A stretch of DNA of 64,000 nucleotides from Ascidiella aspersa. Lineage: Eukaryota. The translations under genes and the position numbers were made by a program. A model generated the notes under the pieces. The model was not told the origin of the DNA and made no database searches. It saw nothing but the letters and a program-made list of their open reading frames with translations. Numbering within the stretch: the first letter of the stretch is position 1; each line of letters begins with the position of its first letter. Where the stretch lies: contig OZ004610.1 of assembly GCA_963924565.1 (NCBI GenBank), positions 33,418,001 through 33,482,000 on the forward strand. The letters are read 5' to 3'. Shown piece after piece: positions 42,920-56,424 of the stretch.

Positions 42920-45825
42920 GTTGGTCAACTTTCATGATATTTTGCTTTTTGTGCTTGAAAAGAATGAAGGGTAAATTTGCGCAAAAAACTTGTGAAAAGT
43001 GTAAAAAATTAATAATTTTCAATCTGCATCTGGTGTCAATTGCAAAGCACAAAGTTCGAAATTATGGCATTTCAATAAAAAACGGCTTTTATGTAATATT
43101 TACCTTTGATATTTGCAAGGATTTCCTTGTAACTAAAATACTCCAAATGCCTGTAAAACAGTGTACACAGTGTATAACAGTATTTATAAGGTTGGAAATA
43201 ATGACTGAGGTTTTAGTTAACCATAGAAGAAATTCTTAAGCCCATATAGAACTAAGTATTAAAAGGCCAAATTGGAGTATATATTTTTGGAAAATTCATA
43301 AAACTTTTTTTGAAACCTATGTAAAGAGTTACATGTTGCTGCGTAGACTTTAAAATTCATTTACCTTTACAATTTTACCCGTTAAAACTTAACTACAGCG
43401 AACTTGGTAGCTAGTTGTGTGAATCGTGTCGCATCTTCGCTATATTTAACTCGTCGCGGCAAATTGATTGACATCTTGAGCGTACGAAGTAGCGACTGTA
43501 GCTGGCCTTTGAGCTGGCGTTAACGTTGTGGCCCCAGGTTGCGCCAAGGCTTGGAGATCCCAGCCGAGATAAATCATTCCCTGTGCGGGCTTCGGAAATG
43601 GTCGGCTCAGTGCTTGTTTTGTCTGGACGCAGCCCCGTTTAAATGCGTTAAATGCAGACGGCGCCCGAAGCCAATTGATGTTTACGCCTAGATTCACTTA
43701 ACAGATCATACGGCATTTAACTGTATTCTGTAATGTTACTAAATCCCGATTTTTAAATTGTATGGTGTTTTTAGTGGCCAACACGGCGATAAAAAAGTAA
43801 AATCTTAAAAAAGGTCAAGTTGGAAATGAACATTAAGTTTACATTTTACGGTGTGTTTGTCCTAATTATTTTATTGCAAAACCAATTTATTGACAATTTT
43901 TCATTAAAGGACTTGAAAAATTAGCTAAATTTTAAATTTACTTTATAAATAATTCAAGTTGTGTGCACTGGCCGTGGTCTTGCGGCGATAAGATTGGCGA
44001 AAAAACTATCAAAAACTTGTCACTCGTCGCTGTGTGCTCGCTTGAACAGAGCTCGCCAAGCGATGTGTCAACAGCCGGGTTAGTGGCTCCAAATTGTGGC
44101 GAAACAGGTCGTCCGTGACCCCCTACACCGATAACGATTTACTCGCCACAAGCTTGTCCATTAAAGTTAACTGAGCATGAAAAACCGTAACTTTCGCGTC
44201 TCTGTTCGCCCAGTGGGACGCCGAGTGATTTTTTAATTCATTTCCGACTTTCTTTCCTTTCTTGGCGCCCGCCGCCGATTGATTTCTTGCGCTTGGCGAT
44301 ACGAGACACGTTTTATGGGTGGCGGTAATTGCTGTTCGTGATAGATGAGTGCTTATGGTGAGAGTCAAAACTCAATTGCAAGTTGCAAACATGAAAGATC
44401 CTTCCGCTTAAACTTCTCACCAGACTGCTTTTACAATGCGATGATTTTGAGCTGTTAGGAGCAATTGCGCACATTAGCGGTAAACTAAACAGTCTTGGGC
44501 AAACAGGCGTGACACGAAGGGAAATCGTAATTTGAAGAGAAGAAGCGTAATTTGCCTTCATGCTAGCTTCCCGCTGGGAACGCGCACAGGTTAAAGGAAA
44601 AATGTCTGCAGCTGTTTTGTAGTTTCCAGTGATTCGCGTTTTAAGTCGTCCATTTGGGAATAGCAGGACGCCAGTTGCCAAGGCCGAGCGAAAATTTCCG
44701 CGTCTGTGTTGCATCACAATGCCCTTGACAGATTACGTCACCGTCGCCAAACCGCAAATAAAATTTCGCGAAAAAGTTAAAAAGAAAAAAACTCCAGTCC
44801 CCAAGGAGCAATGATCAGTAGTAGTGGCCTTGCAAAAACTCAATATGTTGTGTCGCTACTGTGTCAGCGAATAACGGGCATTGTTTGCGAACAAGCGATC
44901 GATGATGAGTCACCTTATCTCAACAGACGGGAAGTTAGTAGAGAGTGATTCGCTTAGCGCCGCTGGAAGCTTTATAAAACGCACACTAAGGCACCTTATG
45001 ATCGCTCCAGTTTCCGGCGAAAAAACGCATGGAAAGTCCCGACGTTAAATTGAGCGATTGCTCTTGTGTGTTCGCTGCGCGTATGTTGTTGCTGTTTCAA
45101 GTTTGCCGACACGAAGGTTGCCCCGAGGCGACAAACTGTTCTGCTTTGCATCCAGGCCTGTACAGTAAAAATACATCGACAAATTTTCACTGCTTCGCTT
45201 TATAACGTTTTGGGGTTCATTTTTACCTGTACTATGCTCACTTTAAATGAAATAGAGTATGTGTTATTCAAACTACGCACTTAATATTACATTTTAATTT
45301 TTACATGATGTCTGCTTTGTTCTAATATTATTTTGTAAGCGTTAGTGCTGTTTTTTTGTACACTCAGTTACAAATGCAGGACCTAAAATGCCTTGCGTCT
45401 TCAAAGGGAGCTTTGGTGCCCCCCTGCGGCGCGCCTCTCATTAGAAGGTCGCCCATCGTTCGGCCAAGGTCATTACCGCCCCGCTCGCCCCTCACCTGGC
45501 AACAAAGTGCCCTGGCAAATCCCCAAAGTAGAACGGCACCGCCTCAACTCGCAGCTTCGTTTCCCTTCAACTTCTGCCGCCCATTGATGTTATTCTTGCC
45601 GGTCGCACTCGGTCAAGCGGAAAGGCATTTAAGTCACGGCCACCCGCGTTCCCCAAGCTTTGTTAGCCCCTGTTTAGCCCGTCCTTAGCCCGAATGCGTC
45701 AAAGCTGGCGCTCCAGGATGATTAAGGCCGGTCTTATTGCCACTAGGAGAACCATATAACGCCTTAGATTTGTTAGACACTTTCAAGGTAAAAAATTGAT
45801 GCTGAAAATTTATAAAGAGGAAAAT

Positions 45826-45893
45826 CGAAACTTTTAAATGTTACCTACTTCTATTTGGGCTTTGATATTTTTTTGCGTCTGACTAAAACCATT
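45826..45893 (+). mobile_element. Family A single arm
   Basis: cctacttctatttgggctttgatatt..gtctgacta. Confidence 0.65.
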
Positions 45894-47627
45894 AAACATT
45901 CAGCTCAAAAGGTCAAATTTGGCCACATTAATTTAATTCCTGTTTTACCACCTTAAATTCGTGCCCAAAATGACCAAAAATTGCAAAAAATAGCAGGCCG
46001 TGTAAAAGCGGTGGCACTTAACAGACTCCGCCCAAAAAATCGTTCCGTTTTCTCTCTGGAATTCCAGGCAGCGGCCTTAGCTCGTTTCATCGCAAGACTT
46101 CCAACTGTTGCAACCTTGGAAAGCTTTCCGACAGCGCCACTCTTAGCTGTTAATCCCTGGCACAGAACCCCGGCCATTAGCGCGCGATCGCCACACTTCA
46201 CTGCGACCAGGAACTAGTTGGCGTTTTGCATCCGAAACTTAATCACTGCCCTCGTTTTAACATCCTATTGCAGCGTCCCGGTTAGAGTTTCATTTGTTTA
46301 TTTCCGACGGTTTAAATTACATTGTTAGGAAACGACTCGTTCTAATTATAGGTCGTGTTACGTTTCTGAGCAATTTTTTTGCATGTTTTCCTGATTAGAT
46401 TCAGGATTTGCAACTTGACAACTTTAAAAAAATAAAAAGCTAAAAATGGCACAGCGAAAACACCATATGGTCATGATAAATCTCTAAATAGAAGTTAAAC
46501 GCCTTCAAAAAGTGTTGTTCAGTCATGTGAGGTATGACGTAATTCGGGCGAGACGCCATGAAATATTAACCAGCGCGAAATAGTCGAGCTTTTGATCGCG
46601 TGTCCTTAGTTCAACCAGCTTAACATTTCGCCAATCAAACGCTTCAAAATATGATCCAGTTAGTCGCAAAATTGCGGCCTCTCCTTTGCTTTTGTGTGGC
46701 CTATTTCGGCCGGTAATGTTATGACGGCGTTTTGCTAGCTTCACGTCAGTTTTCCTGGCTGGCTCTAGGTTTGGGCTTTGCCGGCGTAAGCACTTATTTG
46801 CCTCTGCTCATGCATTTTTTATCGGCCCTGGTCGATATTAGCAAACAGCTGCGTGGCAGAATGGCTACGGCGAAAAAAACGACTAAACTGCGAGCGAACT
46901 TACGTTTTCACAAACGCCCAGCGCTAACAAGTCTCTATGATGCGGGGGTTTAAACACGCGGAACCCCTGGAGAATTGAGGCCGGCCGTAGGCGCTTTTGA
47001 CAGCCAAAACGCTAGGTTTGACCAAAATTTGCCACTCAGCTTTATCCACAGTCTTTTATGCCTACGTGAGTAAAACAAGCGCCGAAAAAACACTACTAAT
47101 TACAAATGTGTTTGTTTAAAATTAAGCCGGTGTAAACCCCATTCAGCCATAAGCTTGTCCACTTGCTAAAACCGCGTTTTAATTGCCATCTCTCAACACA
47201 AATCTGCAGTTTCAGCGAAACTTTAAAAGGTGGCAATTTACCACTTCAACATTAAACCGGTCATCGAGGAAAATGTAAGAAATCCCGAGCGCTGGAGCTT
47301 TCTCTCTGTGTTGCAGCATTAAGCGTGTGCCCTTTAAAAGCACTTGGAGGTTTGGGATTAAGCGGGAGTGACCGGGTTAAGGTGTAATTAGTCGCAGGTT
47401 GCAAATAGTAGCTCGCACAAGTGGATACACTCTCGCTTTGTGAGCAGCTAATAGTTTTAATTCTTCGCCCGTGTTTAAACTATGCCTGTTATCTCGCGGT
47501 TTATTTCGCCGCCTAATTATTTTATTAATAGCTCGCCTTATTAGGCTGGGAATGTTTTCTTTGCAAGTTGCAAGGCTTTTTTGCAATTGCAGCTTGACAA
47601 AAACTTTAAAAATAATTATATTACATC

Positions 47628-47703
47628 ATAGTAAGAATATCAAAGCCCATATAGGAGTAGGTATCATTTTGAACGTTTCGCATAACTCTTTATTCATTTT
47701 CCA
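47628..47703 (-). mobile_element. Family A single arm
   Basis: aagaatatcaaagcccata..gaacgtttcgcataactctttattcatttt. Confidence 0.75.
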
Positions 47704-48929
47704 TATATGATTTAACATTCAGTATGATGACTAATTAGTTCAAAGGTTCATTCGTTCGAATTTACGGGCGAATTAAATCGATAGTTTTTTTGGCCAATTT
47801 TATCCCCAAAACGTCTGGGATTTAAAATTGGAATAAAAGAATTCTTCTATTTGGTAAGCAAAGGCCACCCAGTTCTCCTGTTGAAGGTTAATTCCTTTTG
47901 TGCCGAGGCCAATATTAATCTTCACACTCCGCTTCGGCCTCCACAAAATGCCGAATACTTTTGCGCCGGCCCCTTTATTCGCTTCACTGGCAATAAATGA
48001 AAATAAAAGCGAGATAGAAATGAAAGCGAAACGTGATGGAGCGATGTCTGGCCTTCTCACCGACATAAATCTTCTGCAGCGCTTTGTAGAGCAACCTCTT
48101 GACGCGGCCCGTGTTTACAAAAGAAATAACTCGCCCGTGATTCGTTTTGTTGCTGCAGTAATGAGCCGACCGGCCTCTCCCGACAGTTGTGTGTTTTTAA
48201 TGGGCGACGATACAAGGCTAACTGGCCGTATCATCTCCGTTATCCTACTTCCGTATCCCGGGTGATAAGACCCCCACCCCCTGTGTGTTGTGTGCCCCTG
48301 TTTGCTCACCCATACCATGCCGTGCTGCGACCGTTTTGTTTGCTTTTGGGGCGGAACCCATGCATTCAGCCGCGCTTCATTTTCTCCCATCATCTTCGGC
48401 AGCGAAAAAAGCGCCTTCAAAGTTTCGCTTTGCGGACTTTCGCCGGAAAAAAACGCGCCGGGTCCTTCCGCTTTGCAGTTGTGCATTTCCTCTGGGGGGG
48501 GGCACGTCGCGCGCTCAACAATCACCACGCTTCGTGACATCACAATGGACCAGTGGGTTTGCCCGGGGGCGACAGTGAAAGTTTAACAAACCGTGTGGGG
48601 CGAGGTATTTGTCCCTTCTCTGTCATCACCGTTTGTGTCCCGGCTGTTTTGATAAGGTAAAGGCCAACTTCGTTTCGCTATATTTCCTATTTGCCCGGGA
48701 TTGTTTGGCCAACCGAAATTCACCGAGTCACTTAAATTGGCACGCGACTTCGTTTTTTTGAGGCAACAGAACCCTGCGCTTTCCATTCATTGCACGTTGT
48801 GCGTTGAGCGACGCGGTACCACCACGTCTACCGCCATGTTTATGTTTATTTTTCATCCAATTTCTCCCGTTTATTTTTCGCCAACCGGCCTTGACTATTC
48901 GCGCCACCGAAACTCAAAATTAAACTTTC

Positions 48930-49024
48930 TAGCATAACGGCTGGAGGTTGTAGAAAGACGGAATAGATGGATAACTAAGCCCATACAGAAGTATAGGTGG
49001 CACTTTGAACGTTTCGAATATCTT
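48930..49024 (-). mobile_element. Family A single arm
   Basis: gcataacggctggaggttgtag..aagcccatacagaag..gaacgtttcgaata. Confidence 0.75.
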
Positions 49025-52000
49025 CAAATTAAAATCGTTTTTTAAAATACCCGAAAACAGCACAGCGCTGCCATCTGCGATGCTTTCATTCATTTTTTTG
49101 GATTATAATTAAAACTCGCGCGTGCCACAGTTCTTAACGTGAATAGGCAACGCTTTAAACGCATAGCCGTGGTATCCGGCTATTTTGCGCGTGGCAGCGT
49201 TTTACAATTCGGCAAAAAAACAACATCAACAAAGTCCAGCCAATAGGAAATGCGACAAGCCTAGTTTGTCCTCGGCGAAAAACTCCGTTTTTTGTGAGAA
49301 ACGCGATTTTTTAATGGCATTCACCCTCATCCTGAAATCCACAATCGCAGCAACTTTGGATAATGGCCTTAATTTCCTTCCTAACTTGAATGGTGTTTTT
49401 TGTTTCGCTGCGGCTCGCCTCAGTCCAAAAGTTCGCCACAAAGTTCGTGAACTTACGACAACAAGAATGCTGCAAATAAGTCACATCCTGGCCAGGCAAT
49501 GACACGGCTAGCGTTTTAACCCCTACATTCTCCCCACAAGCGCCTATAGCCTAGCAAGGGACGAATTATGTAAGTGCGCTCAACATGTTAACAGCATTTC
49601 CGGATTACTTTCATACACTTACGCGAGTTTTAGGAAACCAGTTTTTACTTTTTTGGCGTCAAGCTTTAATTGACCTCGTTCTTCTATATTTTTTTTGTCT
49701 GTCGTTCGTGTTCTTTCATATTTCGCGACTTGCAAAACTTGACTTTAAGATCGGACTTTATTATGAAGGATTTTTGAGTGTTAGACAGCAGTAGATGTGT
49801 TGACACTGTAAAAATTACAGCAAAATGTGCCCTTACACAAGAATTGACTACAAGTTCGTATTTAGAATGAAACTAGATTCCATGACCTTTATTTGAGGAT
49901 TTGTAGGTCAGACTGTGTTGAACTTCATAAAAGCGAAAGTTGTTAAGTTGTAATTGTGTTGTTGCCCCCTGGAAAACGCGATTAAACACCACATAAAGCC
50001 CCCCGCTCTGGTTTAAAGGGGGCGGTCAATGTCGCTAATGACATCACCGTGTCATTTTGTTGACCTCGATTAGAAGCAACCAATCCCAGGATATCCGCGA
50101 CACGAAAAGGCAACTTGCTACACGCACAACTACTCCTGTGCCGATGTTAGATTCCCCGGTGTTGCTTTGCTAGGCTCTGCTCTGAAAGGAAGCAGCCCCT
50201 AGAGCCGGTAGCCGCTGGCCAAATAAACAAGTGGCCCGCTGACATACATTCCTCCAATCCGACACAAGTAAACCCATGGGCCACTCGAATTGGGCACCCC
50301 TCTCTTCACTTAAGCGGCACACAGCGCTAATCTGTTGATATAAAAGCTAATGGTGCACGCGCACCACCCCTGTACTGTTGTTGTTACGAAGCTTGTCGCC
50401 GTTCATTCATAATTTGGGCAAAATTACTGGGAAAATCTTGTTCTTAGTTATATAATCTTTGGGCGTGGTTAAAATGTTTTGTTTCATAATTGAAGCGTTC
50501 AAACTCCGTTTCGGCTGGAGGTTGTAATTATACGTAGAATGAGTGTATCAACGATGGTAAATGTTTAAAAACAGATATTGTATTAATAAAGGATTTCATA
50601 TTTATTCTAAATCGTTTAAATCTGGGTTTAAGTGCGTTTAGTCACTTTTACCGAATTACCACTTGTAGTGTGCATGCATTTACACATATTCCTCAGTTTA
50701 AGCGTGGTAGTAGCGGTGGTATACAGCCACACGAGCCCTAAAAGCATTCGCAAACCACCAAACCACGGCTCCGAGCCATACGCGCCCATACACCCGGATC
50801 TTGCTTTCCCATTCACAAAAACCCGAGCCCTATTTGGCGCGAAGCACAACGCAAGCGGGTTGCTGGCAAGCTAAGCATACCCAAACTCTACTTTGAATTG
50901 CCGTAAAAATGCTGTTTTTTTTCAACAATTTAATACCTTAAACTATGCGTTTTTTTCGCGTTTAAAAAAACGCCGATTTTTTTAATTTAAAAGATTGCGT
51001 ATGGGTCGTAATCCCCCCTTGGAGCTGATTTTGACCCCTCCCTTGAGTATGTGGAAGTGATCGGCGCTTGCATTGGCCTCATAGTGTTTGTAGCACCTCG
51101 TACAATCGGCGAGATTGCGAAATAGCGACCACAAGGCAAAAAACTCGGTCAGGTCGCGGTTAAAAGTGCCTCAACTTGTCGCGAGCTTTTTATATCCCAA
51201 GGCGCGTCATCGTGTTATAAGGAAGCGGCGCTATTTCGGACATCAAGGCCCTGCTTTGCCTTTGCAGAGCGCTAGGAATGGCGGCCCCTTGTCTGGCTGC
51301 TATCTCGACAAGGTCGCGCGTTCCGAATCACATTTCTCGACTTGCGCGGAAGTGTTTCTCCTGCATTGCCGTGCATTTAAATAAAATTTTTATGACACAT
51401 AAAATGATGATTCACAAACAACCTTAATACATATTAGCGTATGATTCTTTCTGTATGTTTGGTATTTCCTTGGCGAAATATTACTCAAAATTGGAAAAAA
51501 ATATTCTAATATTATATAAAATGTAAATGTTTTGTTTTAGAGCTTTATTTTAGGTAAAGCAGAAACGGTCGGAATCTAGGGTTAAATTTGTCGCTTTTTG
51601 CAACTTTTGAACAAGAAAATCAGAATACCCTTTTTCCAATAGCAAGTTTTGCTTAATTTGTGTATTCTGATTTTCTTATGCCCGAAAGTGTATTCCAAAA
51701 CAACAAGAGCCTGGGTTCGGATCCCGGGCACTTAGCCTAGTCTAGGCTCGAGCGCACAACATATGCTTGTCCCTGTATCTTCCTGTGCCTTTAAATTATT
51801 AAATAGCGGCGTCGAGCGAGCGAAGGGTTCCCTGCTGGCACAATCGCCCGTCAAAAGTGTCGCTGTAGGCGCTAGGCCGACGTTAGCTGCTTGCAGTAAT
51901 CGGAGCTACTTACCCCGACAATCCCCGACTTCCTCGGCCGCCCGCAATTTTCCAGCAACACGATGTTACTTGATACGAGAAGTTTCAGTAGGCCTTCCCA

Positions 52001-55000
52001 CCGTTTTTTCGCCAGACGCCCGAGTCCGCATGCTGTTGTTTGTTCCACGCGAAACTTGGCTTCGTAGAAACCGCTGGAAAAAACGACAAAAGGCGCTCAG
52101 TCGCCTAAAAGAAAAATGAGCAGTTTCCACCGAAAATTAACCACAAAAACTAGTGTAAGTCTTCAGCTTGGTTTGTGTACTCCAATGTCCTTTGCGCGAA
52201 ACAGCAATCGTACCCCACCATAATCGATCGAAAACCGCCCCTTGTAATCGCCTATAGTTTCGCAATCCGCGTTGAGTGTTGCGTAACTTGCACACACAGC
52301 GAACAGTCTGCGCTTCTCTGGCCAGAGTACACAGAGCCGTTCTGTTCTTTCCATATTCTCTTCGCACCAAAGGCTGCTTCCATATCTACTACCTCCTCCC
52401 AGTTTAAACATTGAAGTAACGTTGCGGCTCCGGCCACTTGAGATACGCATTGCGGCACGTTCGCACCAATCAACCAATAGCCATCTACTCCGGGTTTTAG
52501 CTACTACTACTCCAGCCCTGTAGTATTTAAGTGGTGGTTGGTATTTTAACGTGTACTATTTGGCCGTTAAGTGTGTTTAGACTCTATATTTCTCATTTTT
52601 AAATACAATCACATTTTAACAGCTTAAAATTCAGTTTTAATAAAAAAAATGCCCCTTATTCTGAAGTATCTCATAATCGCAGTGAATTTGCAACTTTAAA
52701 AATTAAAACTATTTTTTTTTTCACTTGTCTGCAAAACGTATGTTGGACAAACATCTTTTAGCCTTAACCTTTTTCTATGCCTTTTACGCCCGCGTGAAAA
52801 ATTTTTATTTACTGGGGCGAATTGCAAACAAGGAATGAATCACTGGAGTCAGCTAACAGACTTGTAAAGTTTTTATGTCGAGACATCCTGTCATGTTGTT
52901 GCCGCTGAAATGTTTGTTGTGCTACGGCTCGATTAATGTTGTCGGCTTCAGCTGCTATTGAGAAGGGACTTTTAAAGTAACGCTAGAAATGATGCCAATG
53001 GTGCACTTTTCAATTGAGGGTGGCTTGAATTGTTCCGTCCTCTCTCAAGAGTTTAAATAATCCTCAAAAGTTGCTATAAACCTACTTGCCAAGCACGCTC
53101 AAACCTCTCACGTCTGCAGCGTTGTAAGAGATCTAGGTCAGCGGATAAACGCCGCATGTAGCTACAGGTTGGTTATCAGGCACGTCGCTCTAATGTTGTA
53201 TTAGCGGTTTGTACAACACGCGACTCACCTGCCACTAGAACAATAATTCACCGGAAAATTAAATCAACTTTTGGTGCTCGAGGTGTTATCTGGCCACGCG
53301 TCTTATCAAAACCCCGCATATTTTCTAGCTTTGTAACTTGTTGCCTTAATGTAACTTCTCGCTAAGAAAGCAACAGGTGTTGTTCGTTCGGGCGTTAAAA
53401 AAACCCCGGACCATCCAAACACAGGCTTTGAAAGCACAACAATCCGCACCTATATAACGATGTCAGCACGAGTGGTAATATACACAAGTGTGGTTGATCT
53501 AACGCCCTAAACACGCAGCACCTATAGGCAGCGCTGAAGTCCCGAGCTTTTGTGAATCCGCTCAAAACGGAACCAGCTTGCCTTCGAGGGCAATACAAAT
53601 TACCTTGCAGCGCGAGAATGCGAAATATGTCGGTCTCGGGTGCTTTTCGACACTCTAGCACAAGATGTGGAGTGTCGGACGTAACACAAAGTCCTTCAAA
53701 CAAGCCACATGTGACGATAGGACGTTAATGGAATAGCGATGTAGTTTCCAGCGTATTTTCAGCACATTTCTAAAGCTCTTTCACTTATTTCGGCGCAGCG
53801 ATGAAGCACAATATCAATTGCTTTTAAAAAAATAACGTTTAAAGCTGTTTCGATGTCGCAACCGCAATACAACAGTTAATTGTGTGGCGCGATTTGCACG
53901 AAATAGTTTGCCTCAGTTGCGTGTTTCGTTTAAAAGCGGCAGGCCGTGGCTTTGGGAGCGATTTCCCTTTCATGCCAATCTCGAGAGCATACGGCGAATT
54001 TCCGCTGCGCATTCGCGTCTCTTTCAGAGGCTTTTTGTTTAAAGTTCGTGAGGCATTTTTGCCTAAGCCCTCGGGACCAGTCGTTACACAGTCACTCTAT
54101 ACGTGTTTTAAATTCTATAATTCCCAAACAGGTTCAATGGGGCTCAAATTAGTAAAGACTTTTTACCGAGGCTTAGTTGCTACAAACGCGCATACTCTCA
54201 ATTTCACGCGGCTTGCTATTTGCTGATTAAGCATTGGTAAGATTCACTTCATTTCCATATTACTTGCGATGATAAAGTAGTTACAAGCACATCGACAGTT
54301 GTGTTTATTTTACTGCTTTTTTACACTGTTTCGATACGCGGAAAAGTGGTTTCGCCTTATATTGACATAGAGACACGAGAATAATTTTTCCGGCCCGTTT
54401 AAGTTGGTAATTATCCGCATTGGGCCACGATCAGACCTCTTTGATTTCACGCGTTCACTTATGGAGGCTTAAACCTTGCCCCCGTGGGTATAGCATAACT
54501 TCCGCCCGCCGCCTACGGTCAGACCGAGCCATTCAGCGTCCAACCAAAGCAATTGTTTTGATTCGAAATGCTCGGCTCGAACTGACTTGAACCAGCTGGA
54601 GCTTTGTGACGTCACAGCGGGCACTTGTGTCGTGTGAGTCAGTGCTTTTTAAATCATCACAAGCGGCGGCCATCTTGCTTTTACGGGGTGCTGGCGGTTC
54701 CGTAAACCGCTCCCTGGGCGCCGTTTGGCCCAAATGACTCACCAGGCCACCCGGCGCCTCGTTGAGCGAATGCACAAGGAATTAGATCACAAAAATGAGG
54801 TTTTGCTGCGTTTTCCGGTTGTCTGTGTTTTTTGTCGCATTTTGAAAGCTGAAGTCGAACTTATAGCTGATACAGATCTCCAGCTGACAATTTCGAATTT
54901 TTGTTAGTTATAATTTGTGTAATAAGCTTTTAACAGTCAATGTTTTGCAACTGAAAGTGGTGATTGACTTTTGTAATTGTTTACTGCATAAGTTCCCACA

Positions 55001-56196
55001 CTCTGCCTTATCAAAACTAACCTTTGAGTGTCGCTCTTTGAGGCTCAACAGGCGTCGCATTGTTGTTGTATATTGCAGGCCTTTAATCGCGGGTATTTCT
55101 ACTTTGTGGGTAAGTGTGTCCCCATTCGCCCCTTTAACCCACTTACACGGACCCCAGTTTCAAGTAGCCCCCTTTCACGGCCAAGGTGCTGCGACTTAAC
55201 ACCTCGCATTGTGACTTGACACAGAGCATTGTGACGCAAGAGTGCGGTGCGCCCTTCAAATACCAGAGGCGACGTAACGTTTAGCAAGGAAAGGTAGAGA
55301 AAACAATTTGACGCTGGTTGTTTCTTGAGCGTGTGAAAACCTTAGCGTTTCACTTAAACGAGCTTTTTTGTTTGTGTTGAATTTTTTTGTGTTGTTTTTG
55401 TTAAATCACCTTTGAGTGTTTTGCGATTTTTATGCATTTAGATGGATAAGCCCTTTTTAAACCGTTTTTTTGGTTTGCGTAGGGTTAAGTTTTCGCAAAA
55501 CTTATTTGGTTGAAGTTAAAGAAATACTTTTTACCCTGTGTACTGCATCTAAGAAAGAAAATCTTGTTACCTTGAGTTTTCGCGATAAACCTTAAAACCA
55601 AATAGAACAAAAACTACGCATTCATGGCGACATATCCAACGCACACTTTAAACTGACGCGTTCCTTTCCGACTTTTCTGATTCCATCTGTTCTGATAAAG
55701 TTATCGAAGCCCGCACGATCTCTACAGTAGTAAACAGAAGAAAATTACAAAGTTGCGTATTTTTTAGCTTGTCATTCATTCAGTAGCGGTTTTGGCGGCA
55801 TAGCTCCACCGCAAGCGTGCGTGTTGTTAGTTGAGCCCGAACGGCGTCGCATGGCGCCTACTTCCATCCTGTATTCCCGTAGTGATTAATAAAAATCTTT
55901 CCATGCGCCCTTGCTTCGCTCCATTCATCTCACCGCCCTGGCGTTGTTGAACGCGCTGCAATTGGAAACCAGAAAACAGCGACTGTCATGGCGTCGTGTT
56001 AGCGTTTTTGTGTCGTTAATCAACTCCGCTCGCCTGCTTTATGCTCTGTTTCGATGCAAACTTGTGGAAAGTGGGCAACTCGCAAACAGGAACACAGGAT
56101 CAGGTTCAAATTTCTAGCAATCCATGTTTACCGGATGGATGTGGCGTGATAATCACGCGCGAAATCAGCCATTCATAGCCAGAAAAACGAAAATCG

Positions 56197-56424
56197 CTAA
56201 GACGCAGTAAGAATATCAAAGCCCATACAGAAGTAGGTATTATTTTTAGCGTTTCGAATAACTCTTTATCCCTTTTCAACCTTATTTCATTTCTGTATGT
56301 GCTTTAATATTTCTACTACAACCTCCAGCCATTATTTTAAGATTTATTCGAAACGTTTAAAATGCTTCATACTTCTGTATGAGCTTTGATATTCATTCTA
56401 CGTCTAACTAAAACCTCCAGCCAT
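56197..56424. mobile_element. Family A inverted element with tandem right arm
   Basis: Left arm plus two right-arm units. Confidence 0.8.

Noticed and set aside
42920-43239. C-terminal 100 aa of the 314-aa ORF
   Set aside because: AT-rich read-through beyond the conserved Myc splice donor; no bHLH-LZ similarity.
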